DNA of 64,000 nt from Alphaproteobacteria bacterium (GTDB lineage Bacteria > Pseudomonadota > Alphaproteobacteria > UBA828): the NCBI GenBank assembly GCA_965218275.1, contig CBDCKM010000002.1, forward strand, positions 2,747,438-2,811,437, read 5' to 3'. This document shows, piece after piece, positions 7,739 through 17,269 of the stretch (positions are counted from its first letter, which is position 1; the number at the start of each line of letters is the position of its first letter). The notes beneath the pieces are model-generated. The model saw only the letters and a program-made list of their open reading frames with translations. It was not told the DNA's origin and did not search any database. The translations under genes were made by a program, and so were the position numbers.

Positions 7739-10714
7739 TCACTGCCGCTCTCGCTCCAGCGCCGCGGCGGGGTCCGCGATCAGGCGCCGGTAGACGGTGC
7801 GGACGCGATCCTGAACGGCGACGATGTTTGTCTCAAGGGCGTCGAAATCCGCGGCCCCCATCGCCCGCGCCAGGGTCTCGCGGACGCCGGGCGTGAAGCG
7901 CTCCACATCCCGGTTGGTGCCGACCGTGAGCCTGAGCAGTCCCTGGAGGCGCTGGAGAAAGGCTGCCATGCCGGCGAGTGCGGTCGCCTCGCCGGTGTCG
8001 AGAACGCCGGCCTCCCCCAGCCGTCGAAACATCGCCTGCGTCGATTGCACGAGGATCGACGGGTGCTGCGCTGCGTGGCGCAGCAGGTGGAACTGGGCGA
8101 TGAATTCGAGGTCGAGCAGGCCGCCGCGCACATGCTTGAGGCGCCACCTGTTGCCGGTTGCGCGCTCGCAGGCAACGCGCTCGCGCATCGCCGCGACATC
8201 GGCAAGCAGCGACTCCGGCTCGCGGGCCGTGCAGAGCACCGCTCCGATCCCCTCCATCACCGCCGCCGCGAGGGACGGGTCGCCGGCCACCGGCCTGGCA
8301 CGGGTGAGCGCCATGTGCTCCCAGGTCCAGGCATCCTTTTCGTGGTAGCGGCGGAAGGCGGCGGCCTCGGTGGCGATCGGGCCCGAGGCGCCGGAGGGGC
8401 GCAGGCGCATGTCGATCTCGTAGAGCCGTCCCTCGGCGGTGAGTGCGCTGACGGCGTGCGAGAGGCGCTGGCTGAAGCGGGTGTAGTAGTGACTCGCCGC
8501 GAGCCCCTGGTCGCCGTCGGATTGCGCGCCGATACCCTCCGGCGTGCCGTAGAGGAAGACCACGTCGAGGTCGCTGTCGAAGGTCATCTCGCGGCTGCCG
8601 AGTTTGCCCAGACCGAGCACGGCGAAGGCCGCCCCCGGCACCCGGCCGTGCCGCCCTGCGAATTCCTCCTGCACCCGGGGCAGCAGCGCCGCGATCACCG
8701 TGTCGGCGATGTCCGAGAGTGCGCCGGACAAGCGGTCGGCGGCCACGTCGCCCCGCAGGATCTGCATGCCCACCTGGAACTCGCGCTCGTGTTGCCAGCG
8801 GCGCACGCCGTCGAGCAAGGCCTGCGTGTCGCCGGCCGGCGCCAGCGCCCGGTCGAGGTCGTCGCTCAGCTCGTCCCGCCCCGGCAGCCGCTGGTGCAGG
8901 TCGCCGCTGATGAGCCCGTCGAGCAGGTGCGGGCTGCGGCTCAGATGCTCGGCGATGCGCGGCGCGCTGCCCATGATCTCGGCCAGCCGCGCCAGCAGGC
9001 CGGGATTGTCGTGGAGCAGCAGGAAGGGCTGCACCCCGGACGGCAGCCCGCGCAGAAACTCGTCCAGCTTGCGGAACGCCGAGTCGGGGTCGGCGGTATT
9101 GGCGAAGGCGCGCAGGAGCGCCGGCATGAGCTCGGTCAGCAGCTCCCTGGCGCGGGTGCTGCGGGTCGCCTGTATGCGGCCATGGTGCCAGCGGCGCACG
9201 GTCGCCGAGACCGCGGCGGCGTCGCCGAAACCCATGCGCCGGAGGCTCGCCAGGGTATCGGGGTCGTCGTCGGTGCCGGTGAACACCAGATTGCCGCCCT
9301 CGCCGCCGAGCGCCGGCTCGTCCTCGAAGAGCGCGGCATAGTGCTCCTCCACGGTGCGCGAGTGAGCCTGCAGCGCATCGGCGAGAGCGGCCTCGCCGGG
9401 GAAGCGCATGAAGCGGGCGATGGCGTCCAGGCCATCCGCGTCGTCCGGGAGCCGGCCGGTCGGCTTGTCATCGACGAGCTCCAGGCGGTGCTCGAGCCGG
9501 CGCAGGAAGCGGTACGATTCGATCAGCGCGTCCGCCGCCTTTTCGTCCGCACGTCCGGCGGCAGCGAGGGCGCGCAGCGCGTCGCAGGTCGCGCGCGCGC
9601 GCAGCGACGGGTCGCGCCCGCCCCAGATGAGCTGCTGCGTCTGCGCGTAGAGCTCGATCTCGCGAATGCCGCCCCGGCCGCGTTCGATATCGTGGCCGGC
9701 GATCTCGACCGGGCCGCGGTCGGGCTCGACGCTGATCTGCCGCTTGATCGACTGGATGTCCTGGATCGCCGCGAAATCGAGATACTTGCGCCAGACGAAG
9801 GGCCTGAGCCGCTCCACGATGTCGGCGCCGACCGCCGGGTCGCCGGCAACCGGGCGCGCCTTGATCATCGCGGCGCGCTCCCAGTTCTGCCCGTGGCTCT
9901 CGTAATATTGCTCGGCGGCCAATGTGGACAGCGCGAGCGGCGTGCCCCCGGTGTTGGGCCTCAATCGCAGGTCGGTCCGATACAGGCTGCCCTCGTCCGT
10001 GCGTTCGCCGAGCAGGGCACTGAGATCGCGCACGAGGCGGTGCATGGCCTCCGTCGGCTCGCCCCGCCCCCGGTGGCGCACACGCTCGGAGTCGAAGAGC
10101 ACGACCAGGGCGAGCTCGCTCGCATAGGTGAGCTCGCGCGCCCCGAGCGGGCCCAGGCCGAGCACGGTGAGCCCGCAGGCCGCCGCCGGCTCGTCCGGGT
10201 CGGAGGCCGCGAGGACGCCGCGGGCGACCGCCGCGCGAAGCAGATGGTCGAGCGCGCCGGCGAGCACGGCATCCGCGATGCGGGTGAGGGCCGCGGCGAC
10301 CGTCTCCGGCGGCCAGGCGCCGGCAATGTCGGCAAGGGCTGTGATGAGCGACGCCCGCCGCCTGGCCGCGCGCAGCCGCAGGACGACGCTGCGGCGATCG
10401 CCGCCGCGGCAGGCGGCGCCCGCCATGCCCTCCAGCGCGCCCTCGAAGGCAGCGTCGGGGCCGCGCTCGGCCATGATGCGAAGCTGGGCCGCTTCGCGGG
10501 CCAGCGCCCGGCCGAGGGATGGGCTGTTGCCGAACACGGCGGCCAGAAAAGCGCGCGCCTGGCGCTCGCCCGCGAGGGCGGCGGCAAACGATTCGTCGGC
10601 GCCGCCGAGCGCGGCCGCGGCCGCAAGCCAGGCCTCCCGGCCCGCATCCGCGCGCTCGGGGCAGGCCGGCTCGGGAGGCGCCGCATCGTCCTGGAGGAAT
10701 GGCAAGAGGGACAC
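7739..10714 (-). CDS. glnE: bifunctional glutamine synthetase adenylyltransferase/adenylyl-removing enzyme
   Basis: A 991-aa protein with two nucleotidyltransferase repeats (GLGPLGARELTYASELALVVLFD and GLGKLGSREMTFDSDLDVVFLY). Confidence 0.9.
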   Translation of the reverse strand: MSLLPFLQDDAAPPEPACPERADAGREAWLAAAAALGGADESFAAALAGERQARAFLAAVFGNSPSLGRALAREAAQLRIMAERGPDAAFEGALEGMAGAACRGGDRRSVVLRLRAARRRASLITALADIAGAWPPETVAAALTRIADAVLAGALDHLLRAAVARGVLAASDPDEPAAACGLTVLGLGPLGARELTYASELALVVLFDSERVRHRGRGEPTEAMHRLVRDLSALLGERTDEGSLYRTDLRLRPNTGGTPLALSTLAAEQYYESHGQNWERAAMIKARPVAGDPAVGADIVERLRPFVWRKYLDFAAIQDIQSIKRQISVEPDRGPVEIAGHDIERGRGGIREIELYAQTQQLIWGGRDPSLRARATCDALRALAAAGRADEKAADALIESYRFLRRLEHRLELVDDKPTGRLPDDADGLDAIARFMRFPGEAALADALQAHSRTVEEHYAALFEDEPALGGEGGNLVFTGTDDDPDTLASLRRMGFGDAAAVSATVRRWHHGRIQATRSTRARELLTELMPALLRAFANTADPDSAFRKLDEFLRGLPSGVQPFLLLHDNPGLLARLAEIMGSAPRIAEHLSRSPHLLDGLISGDLHQRLPGRDELSDDLDRALAPAGDTQALLDGVRRWQHEREFQVGMQILRGDVAADRLSGALSDIADTVIAALLPRVQEEFAGRHGRVPGAAFAVLGLGKLGSREMTFDSDLDVVFLYGTPEGIGAQSDGDQGLAASHYYTRFSQRLSHAVSALTAEGRLYEIDMRLRPSGASGPIATEAAAFRRYHEKDAWTWEHMALTRARPVAGDPSLAAAVMEGIGAVLCTAREPESLLADVAAMRERVACERATGNRWRLKHVRGGLLDLEFIAQFHLLRHAAQHPSILVQSTQAMFRRLGEAGVLDTGEATALAGMAAFLQRLQGLLRLTVGTNRDVERFTPGVRETLARAMGAADFDALETNIVAVQDRVRTVYRRLIADPAAALERERQ

Positions 10715-10806
10715 CGCGCGCCGATTGTATTACAAGGATCGACTCGGGGAACAGGCAAAGGAGGCTGCACGGGCGCGGCAGGGGCGGCCGTATCCGGTTC
10801 ATCGAC

Positions 10807-13800
10807 ATGAGATCGACGGCCCGAATCGCTCTCCGGGTGCTCGGTGCCCTGTTCGCCGCGCTCGCCATCATTTTCGCCCTCGGGGCGTGGCGGCTGTCGA
10901 GCGGCCCGCTCTCCCTCGCTTTCCTGTCGCCCTATATCGAGGAAGCCTTCGAAGGCGAGGATCTCTCCTATCGGATGGAGTTCGACGACACCGTCCTGGT
11001 CTGGGCCGGCTGGGATCGTGCACTCGAGGTGCGGTTGACCGGCGTGCGGGTCGCCGCCGCGGACGGCGGCACTCTGGCGCAGGTGCCGGAGGCGTCGCTC
11101 GGGGTGAGCGGCGCGGCCCTGTTGGGCGGAGTCGTCGCCCCTACCTCGATCGAGCTCCTGGGGCTGCGCCTCGGCCTCCTCCGCGACGCAGAGGGGCGGG
11201 TGACACTCGCCGGAGGCGGAGACGACGCCGGTACGGACGACGGCGCCGCCGAAGCCCTGGTCGCCGATCTGCTCGATCCGCCCCACGAGGATCATCCGCT
11301 GGCGCGGCTGCAGCGCGTCGGCCTCCGCGATGCCGCCTTCGCCCTCCGCGACGAGACCTCCGGCCTCACCTGGACGGCAGCGAGCGCCGACCTCACTCTC
11401 GACATGGACGACGCAGCGATCTTCGGCCACCTGTCGACGGACCTGCAGGTGCGGGATGTCGAGACCCGTCTGGAGGTGAAGCTGTTCCACCATCGGGAGA
11501 GCGAGATGGGCAGCGCCGCGCTCGCGTTCTCCGCACTCGACCCGTCGCGGCTCGCCTCCATCGCTCCCGAGTTCGCCGAGTTCTCGGGCATCCGGGTTCC
11601 GCTCTCCGGCACGCTCGCGTTCGATCTGGCGCCGGGCGGCGCCTTCGGCGGCGCCGAATTCGATATCGCGGGCGGGGCGGGCGAGGTCTCGCTGCCGGCG
11701 CTCTTTCCCGTTCCCGTCCCGGTCCGCCGGCTCGCCGCCGCGGGCTCGGTCGACGGCACGCTGTCACGCGTGACGCTCGAATCGTTCACCCTCGACACCG
11801 ACCGTCCGCGCTTCTCCTTCGGCGGCGAAATCCGGCAGACGAGCGCCGGCATCGGCCTGCGCGGGCGCTTCCAGGCGCACGACATGCCCTTCGATGCCCT
11901 CGTCGACTACTGGCCGGAGGCGTTCCTGGAGACAGGCCGCGGCTGGATCACGCACAACATTCGCGCAGGCGTCATCACCCGCTTCGACGCCGCTCTCGAT
12001 ATTGAGCCCGGCACCCTGGAAGAGGGCCGCATCACCGCCGCCTCCGCGACCGGCACGCTTGCGTTCGAGGATGCGAGCGTCCATTACCTGCGCCCGATGC
12101 CGGCCGTGGAGGGGGTCGGCGGAAGCGGGCGCTTCACAGGCGCATCCCTCACCCTGACCATGAACGACGGCCGCATCGCCGGGATCGCGGCGTCCCGCGG
12201 GACAGCCTCGCTGAGCGATTTCCATGCAGAGTCACCCAACCTGTCGGTGACGGTCGAGGCGGAAGGACCCGCGGCGGACGCGCTCGCGCTGCTGGACCAT
12301 CCCCGGCTCGCGCTGATGAGCAAGGTCGGGCTGCAGCCGAGGAACGTCGGCGGCACGGTGCACACGCTCTTCACGGTCGATCTGCCGGCGGACACGACCA
12401 TCACGGCAGAGCAGATCGAACTCACCGCCGTCGCGCGTGTGAGCGGCGCGCGGATGGAGGAGATTGCCGGCACGGTGGACATGAGCGAGGGAGCGCTGCG
12501 TCTCGGCATCGACGAAGCGAGCATGGACCTGCGCGGTACGGCCAGGCTCCAGGGCATACCCGCGACGGTCTCGTGGCAGGAGAATTTCAGCGGCGACGCG
12601 CCCTTCGCGCGGGGCCTCGACGTATCGATGACGGTGACGCCCGAGGACCGGGCGGCGCTCGGCCTCGATCTGGCGCCCTTCATGCAGGGCAGCGTCGCGC
12701 TCGATGCGCGCTACAGCGATCCGGGCGGCGCGCGGCCGCACGCGACCCTCCTGTTCGACTTGACGGAGGCGCGGCTCGGGAGCCCCGACCTGCCCTGGTC
12801 CAAGCCCGCAGGCGAGCCGGGAACGCTGCGCGTCCTCGCCGCCGTTCCTCCCGAGGGCGCGATCCGGCTCACCCGCTTCGAGGTCGATGCCGGGAGCTTG
12901 AACGCCGTCGGCCAGGCGACGCTCGCACGCGGCCTCGACCATTTCAGCGGTGACGCACCCTTCATGCAGGGCCTCGACGCATCCGTGAAGGTGACGCCGC
13001 AGGACGGGACGGCGCTCGGCCTCGATCTGGCGCCCTATGTGCAGGGTAGCGTCGTGCTCGACACGCACTTCACCGGTCCGGACGGCGGCGATCCGCCCCG
13101 CGTGGCGCTCTCGTTCGACCTGACCGAGGCGCGGCTCGACATCCCGGACCTGGGCTGGTCCAAGCCCGCAGGCGAGGCGGGGACGGTGAGCGCTCTCGCC
13201 GCCTTTCCTCCCGAGGGCGTGATCCGGCTCACCCGCTTCGAGGTCGATGCCGGGACCTTGAACGCCGTCGGCCAGGCGACGCTCGCACGTGGTTTCGACC
13301 ATTTCAGCGGTGACGCACCCTTCATGCAGGGCCTCGACGCATCCGTGAAGGTGACGCCGCAGGGCGGGAGGGCGCTCGGCCTCGATCTGGCGCCCTATGT
13401 GCAGGGCGGCTTCGCGCTCGACGCGCGCTTCTCGGATCCGGGCGGCGGCGCGCCGCCGGGCGCGATGCTCCTGTTCGACATGACCGAGGCGCGGCTCGAA
13501 ATCCCGGCGCTCTACTGGTTCAAGCCCGCAGGCGAACCGGGGACCGTGAGCGTTCGGGCCGCCTTTCCTCCCGAGGGGGCGGTCCGGCTCACCGGAGTCG
13601 AGGTCAAGACGGGGACACTGTACGCCGCCGGCCAGGCAACGCTCGCGCGCGGGCCCGGGGCCGTCCGCGAGATCGCGATCGAGAGGATGCAGCACGAGGC
13701 AACGGACATTACAGGCACCATCGAGACCGGCGGCGACGCCACACGGGTCTCGGTCCGGGGCACAAGCCTCGATGCGCGGCCCTATCTCACGCGCCTCATG

Positions 13801-14610
13801 GAAGAGGGTGCTCCGAAGTCCGGCCCGCTCGTGCTCGATCTCGATGTCGAGCGCGTCGTGACCGCCGGCAACCAGCAATTGACCGGTGTCCGGGCCCGCT
13901 TCGAGACCGATTCCGAGGGCCGGCACGTCGGGTCCATGGAGGGAACGCTCTCCTCCGGTGCGCTCCTGCACTTCTCCCTGGAGCCGCAGGCGGGCAAGCG
14001 CCTGGTGACCGTGCGCTCGCGTGACGCCGGTGCTGTCGCCCGCGCCTTCGACATCTACGACAACGCCATCGGCGGGGACCTGCTGATGGAGGCGGTCCTG
14101 CACGACGACCGGCCGGGCAGGCCCATCACCGGCACGGTCAGGATCGACCGCTACCAGTTGGCCGACGCGCCGACGCTGGCACGGCTGCTTACCATCGCGA
14201 CGCTCACCGGCATCGTCGATGTCCTGCAGGGCGAAGGCATCGCGTTTTCGGAGTTCGTGCTGCCCTTTTCCATCGAAGACGACGTTGTCACGGTCCGGAA
14301 CGCCCGCACGTCGGGATTCTCGCTCGGCGTCACCGCCGGGGGAACGGTCGATCTGGAAACGGACCGCGTGAATATCAGCGGCACCGTGGTTCCCGCCTAC
14401 TCGCTGAACAGCCTCGTCGGCAACATCCCCCTGCTGGGGGAGCTGCTCACCGGCGGGGAAGGCGGGGGGCTGTTCGCGGCAACCTACCGGGTCGGCGGGA
14501 CCACCGAGCAGCCGGCCATCGCGGTGAACCCGTTATCCATCCTGGCCCCCGGCTTCCTGCGCGGCCTGTTCTCGTTCCTGGAGGAGGTCGAGCCTGCAGC
14601 GTCCGAGTGA
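10807..14610 (+). CDS. YhdP/AsmA-family (DUF3971-like) large envelope protein
   Basis: N-terminal membrane anchor MRSTARIALRVLGALFAALAIIFALGAW. The C-terminal block GGTTEQPAIAVNPLSILAPGFLRGLF is typical of AsmA-like C-termini. The start was chosen at the ATG after the Arg-rich spurious extension that overlaps glnE. Confidence 0.8.
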   Translation: MRSTARIALRVLGALFAALAIIFALGAWRLSSGPLSLAFLSPYIEEAFEGEDLSYRMEFDDTVLVWAGWDRALEVRLTGVRVAAADGGTLAQVPEASLGVSGAALLGGVVAPTSIELLGLRLGLLRDAEGRVTLAGGGDDAGTDDGAAEALVADLLDPPHEDHPLARLQRVGLRDAAFALRDETSGLTWTAASADLTLDMDDAAIFGHLSTDLQVRDVETRLEVKLFHHRESEMGSAALAFSALDPSRLASIAPEFAEFSGIRVPLSGTLAFDLAPGGAFGGAEFDIAGGAGEVSLPALFPVPVPVRRLAAAGSVDGTLSRVTLESFTLDTDRPRFSFGGEIRQTSAGIGLRGRFQAHDMPFDALVDYWPEAFLETGRGWITHNIRAGVITRFDAALDIEPGTLEEGRITAASATGTLAFEDASVHYLRPMPAVEGVGGSGRFTGASLTLTMNDGRIAGIAASRGTASLSDFHAESPNLSVTVEAEGPAADALALLDHPRLALMSKVGLQPRNVGGTVHTLFTVDLPADTTITAEQIELTAVARVSGARMEEIAGTVDMSEGALRLGIDEASMDLRGTARLQGIPATVSWQENFSGDAPFARGLDVSMTVTPEDRAALGLDLAPFMQGSVALDARYSDPGGARPHATLLFDLTEARLGSPDLPWSKPAGEPGTLRVLAAVPPEGAIRLTRFEVDAGSLNAVGQATLARGLDHFSGDAPFMQGLDASVKVTPQDGTALGLDLAPYVQGSVVLDTHFTGPDGGDPPRVALSFDLTEARLDIPDLGWSKPAGEAGTVSALAAFPPEGVIRLTRFEVDAGTLNAVGQATLARGFDHFSGDAPFMQGLDASVKVTPQGGRALGLDLAPYVQGGFALDARFSDPGGGAPPGAMLLFDMTEARLEIPALYWFKPAGEPGTVSVRAAFPPEGAVRLTGVEVKTGTLYAAGQATLARGPGAVREIAIERMQHEATDITGTIETGGDATRVSVRGTSLDARPYLTRLMEEGAPKSGPLVLDLDVERVVTAGNQQLTGVRARFETDSEGRHVGSMEGTLSSGALLHFSLEPQAGKRLVTVRSRDAGAVARAFDIYDNAIGGDLLMEAVLHDDRPGRPITGTVRIDRYQLADAPTLARLLTIATLTGIVDVLQGEGIAFSEFVLPFSIEDDVVTVRNARTSGFSLGVTAGGTVDLETDRVNISGTVVPAYSLNSLVGNIPLLGELLTGGEGGGLFAATYRVGGTTEQPAIAVNPLSILAPGFLRGLFSFLEEVEPAASE
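12586..13650 (+). repeat. in-frame tandem triplication (periods 357 and 360 bp) inside the YhdP/AsmA-like gene
   Basis: TTCAGCGG(C/T)GACGC.CCCTTC recurs at 12586, 12943 and 13303. The protein units start FSGDAPF(A/M)(R/Q)GLD..TEARL..KPAGE(P/A)GT..FPPEG..GQATLARG. Copies 2 and 3 are identical over the first 60+ nt. Confidence 0.9.
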
Positions 14611-14637
14611 CCGGGCCGGCGCCGCGGCCGCAACGCC

Positions 14638-15306
14638 TCAGCCGGGCAGCGCAGCTTGGGGCGGCGAGGCATCGGGCGCCTCGGCAGCGGCGGCGGCAAG
14701 CTCGAAGGCCCGCTCGAGCACGTCCGGCGCTTGTGCGCCCGAGACCGCGTAGCGGCCCTCGAAGACGAAGCAGGGCACGCCGGAGATGCCCATGCGGCTC
14801 GCGCTCTCGCTTTCCCGGCGCACCGCATCCATGCCGTCGCTGCCGGCCAGGAAGCGACGCACCTCGTCCTCGTTCAGCCCCCCGTCCACGCCGGCGGCGA
14901 CGAGAACGGCGCCGTCGCCGATGTCCTCTCCCTGCTCGAAATAGCGGCGGAAGAGCGCCTCGACCACCTGGTCCTGCGCCCCGCGCTCGCCTGCGAAGGC
15001 GATCAGCCGGTGCGAGTCCACGGTGTTGGGGGTGCGCGCGACACGGTCGAAGGCGAAGCGGATGCCCTCGGCGGCGCCGGCCTGCTCGATCGTGCCGAAG
15101 ATCTCGGCGACCCGCTCCTCCGAGCCGAACTTTGCCACCATGTAACGGCGCCGGTCCACGCCTTCGGCCGGCATGTCCGGGTTGAGCTGGAAGGGCCGCC
15201 ATTCGACCGCGAGATCGGCCGGGCGGCCGGAACGGACGCGCTCGAAGCGGCGCTTGCCGATATAGCACCAGGGACAAATCGTGTCGGAGACGATGGCGAC
15301 CCGCAT
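14638..15306 (-). CDS. DsbA-family (FrnE-like) dithiol oxidoreductase/isomerase
   Basis: MRVAIVSDTICPWCYIGKRRF has a CxxC motif in the typical N-terminal position. The long upstream ORF extension was rejected. An alternative start lies at 15369. Confidence 0.8.
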   Translation of the reverse strand: MRVAIVSDTICPWCYIGKRRFERVRSGRPADLAVEWRPFQLNPDMPAEGVDRRRYMVAKFGSEERVAEIFGTIEQAGAAEGIRFAFDRVARTPNTVDSHRLIAFAGERGAQDQVVEALFRRYFEQGEDIGDGAVLVAAGVDGGLNEDEVRRFLAGSDGMDAVRRESESASRMGISGVPCFVFEGRYAVSGAQAPDVLERAFELAAAAAEAPDASPPQAALPG

Positions 15307-15471
15307 GGCGGGAGTATAGCCGCCGGAGGACTTATTCATATCCCTTGGGCGATGGTTGTCGTTGCTCATGTCCCGCAGGCGCCGGGTGCCGGCGCTTGTT
15401 CTTGACGCTGTGTCCGGTGAGCGCCGACCATGGCGGATCGCCGCCGAGGGAGCCGCCGGGGGAGCCGACGC

Positions 15472-17136
15472 GTGTCTGACGGCAATCGCTACGAGCGCGG
15501 GCTCAAACAGGGGCCGGCCAACCACGCCGCGCTGACGCCCTGCGACTTCATGGCGCGGGCGGCTGCGATCTATCCGGCGCGGACGGCCGTGGTGCACGGC
15601 GCGCTGCGGCGGAACTATGGCGAGACCTATGAGCGCTGCCGGCGGCTGGCCGGCGCGCTCGCAGGGCGCGGAATCGGCATCGGCGACACGGTCTCGATCA
15701 TGGCGCCGAACGTGCCGGCTATGCTGGAGGCCCATTTCGGCGTCCCCATGGCCGGTGCGGTGCTCAACGCCCTCAACATCCGTCTCGACGCCGCCTCCGT
15801 CGCCGGGATGCTCTCCCATGCGCGCTCGCGCGTGCTCATCGCCGACGCCGCCTTCGCGGACGTGGTGGAGGAGGCGCTGGCGACACTCGACCGTCGCCCG
15901 CACGTGGTGGCGATCGACGATTCAGCGGAGGCCGGGGGGGAGGGGAGCCTCTTCGCGGACGAGAGCTACGAGGCGCTGCTGGACGCCGGCGCGCCCGGTT
16001 TCGACTGGCGCTGGCCCGAGGACGAATGGCAGGCGATCTCGCTCAACTACACCTCGGGCACCACGGGGCGGCCGAAGGGGGTCGTGTACCACCATCGCGG
16101 CGCCTACCTGAACGCGCTGAGCAACGTGCTCATGAACGGGCTGACCCGCGACTCGGTCTATCTCTGGACCCTCCCCATGTTTCACTGCAACGGCTGGACC
16201 CACACCTGGGCCGTGACCGCGGCTGCCGGCACTCACATATGCCTGCGCCGGCCGGAGCCGGAAGAGGTCTTCCGCCTGATCGCCGAGGAGCGGGTGACCC
16301 ACATGGCGGGCGCGCCGGTCGTCCTCGGCATGTTGATCAACGCGCCGCAGACCGAGAAGCGCCGCTTCGACCATGTGGTCGAAGTGGCGACCGGAGGCGC
16401 GGCGCCGCCGGCGCCGGTGATCGCCGCCATGGAGGCCATGGGCTTCAACGTGACCCACCTCTACGGCCTGACCGAGGTGTACGGGCCGGCCCTGGTGGCG
16501 GCGCCGCAGGAGGGCTGGCAGGACCTGCCGCTCGCCGAGCGTGCCGCGCTGATGGCGCGCCAGGGCGTGCGCCACCACGCGATCCGGGGCGCCCTCGTCG
16601 CGGACCCGGAGACCCTCGCGCCGGTGCCGGCGGACGGCGCCACGGTGGGCGAGATCATGCTGCGCGGCAACACGGTGATGAAGGGCTACCTCGACGACGC
16701 CGATGCCACCGAACAGGCTTTTCGCGGCGGCTGGTTCCACAGCGGCGACCTCGCGGTGACCCACCCGGACGGCTATATCCAGGTCACCGACCGCTCCAAG
16801 GACATCATCATCTCGGGCGGCGAGAACATTTCGAGCATTGAGGTCGAGAACGCGCTCTACAGCCACGAGGCCGTGCTCGAAGCGGCGGTGGTCGCGCAGC
16901 CCGACGCCACCTGGGGCGAGACGCCGTGCGCCTTCGTCGCGCTGAAGCCCGACATGCCGGCGGTCTCGGAGACGGCGCTGATCGCCCATTGCCGGGCGCG
17001 TCTGGCCCGCTTCAAGGCGCCGCGCACCGTCGTCTTCGGCGACTTGCCGAAGACGGCGACCGGCAAGATCATGAAATACGCGCTGCGCGACCGTGCCCGC
17101 GCGCTCGAGGCCGGCAGCGCGGAGGGCCGACCCTGA
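15472..17136 (+). CDS. AMP-dependent acyl-CoA synthetase/ligase
   Basis: AMP-binding signature NYTSGTTGRPKGV and the C-terminal PKTATGKI motif. A GTG start at 15472 gives the typical N-terminus. An alternative ATG lies at 15430. Confidence 0.85.
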   Translation: MSDGNRYERGLKQGPANHAALTPCDFMARAAAIYPARTAVVHGALRRNYGETYERCRRLAGALAGRGIGIGDTVSIMAPNVPAMLEAHFGVPMAGAVLNALNIRLDAASVAGMLSHARSRVLIADAAFADVVEEALATLDRRPHVVAIDDSAEAGGEGSLFADESYEALLDAGAPGFDWRWPEDEWQAISLNYTSGTTGRPKGVVYHHRGAYLNALSNVLMNGLTRDSVYLWTLPMFHCNGWTHTWAVTAAAGTHICLRRPEPEEVFRLIAEERVTHMAGAPVVLGMLINAPQTEKRRFDHVVEVATGGAAPPAPVIAAMEAMGFNVTHLYGLTEVYGPALVAAPQEGWQDLPLAERAALMARQGVRHHAIRGALVADPETLAPVPADGATVGEIMLRGNTVMKGYLDDADATEQAFRGGWFHSGDLAVTHPDGYIQVTDRSKDIIISGGENISSIEVENALYSHEAVLEAAVVAQPDATWGETPCAFVALKPDMPAVSETALIAHCRARLARFKAPRTVVFGDLPKTATGKIMKYALRDRARALEAGSAEGRP

Positions 17137-17269
17137 AAGGCAGGGCGGCGGGCGCGCCCCACCGCACGCGATAGATGAATATCGATTATAATTGGGTTGT
17201 TATATCGCAACTCCATTACTTCACTTGAAGTTCACAGGCGGCTCTTCGACGGCCAACGGGGCCGCGTGG

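Noticed and set aside
10519-10806. 96-codon extension upstream of the YhdP/AsmA-like start
   Set aside because: It is Arg-rich, overlaps the glnE 5' end on the other strand, and precedes a canonical membrane-anchor N-terminus that starts at 10807.
7673-10810. 1045-aa plus-strand ORF covering the whole glnE region
   Set aside because: It is antisense to a gene with clear GlnE motifs. The translation is Arg/Ala/Gly/Pro-rich low-complexity with no recognisable motif, which is the typical high-GC antisense artefact.
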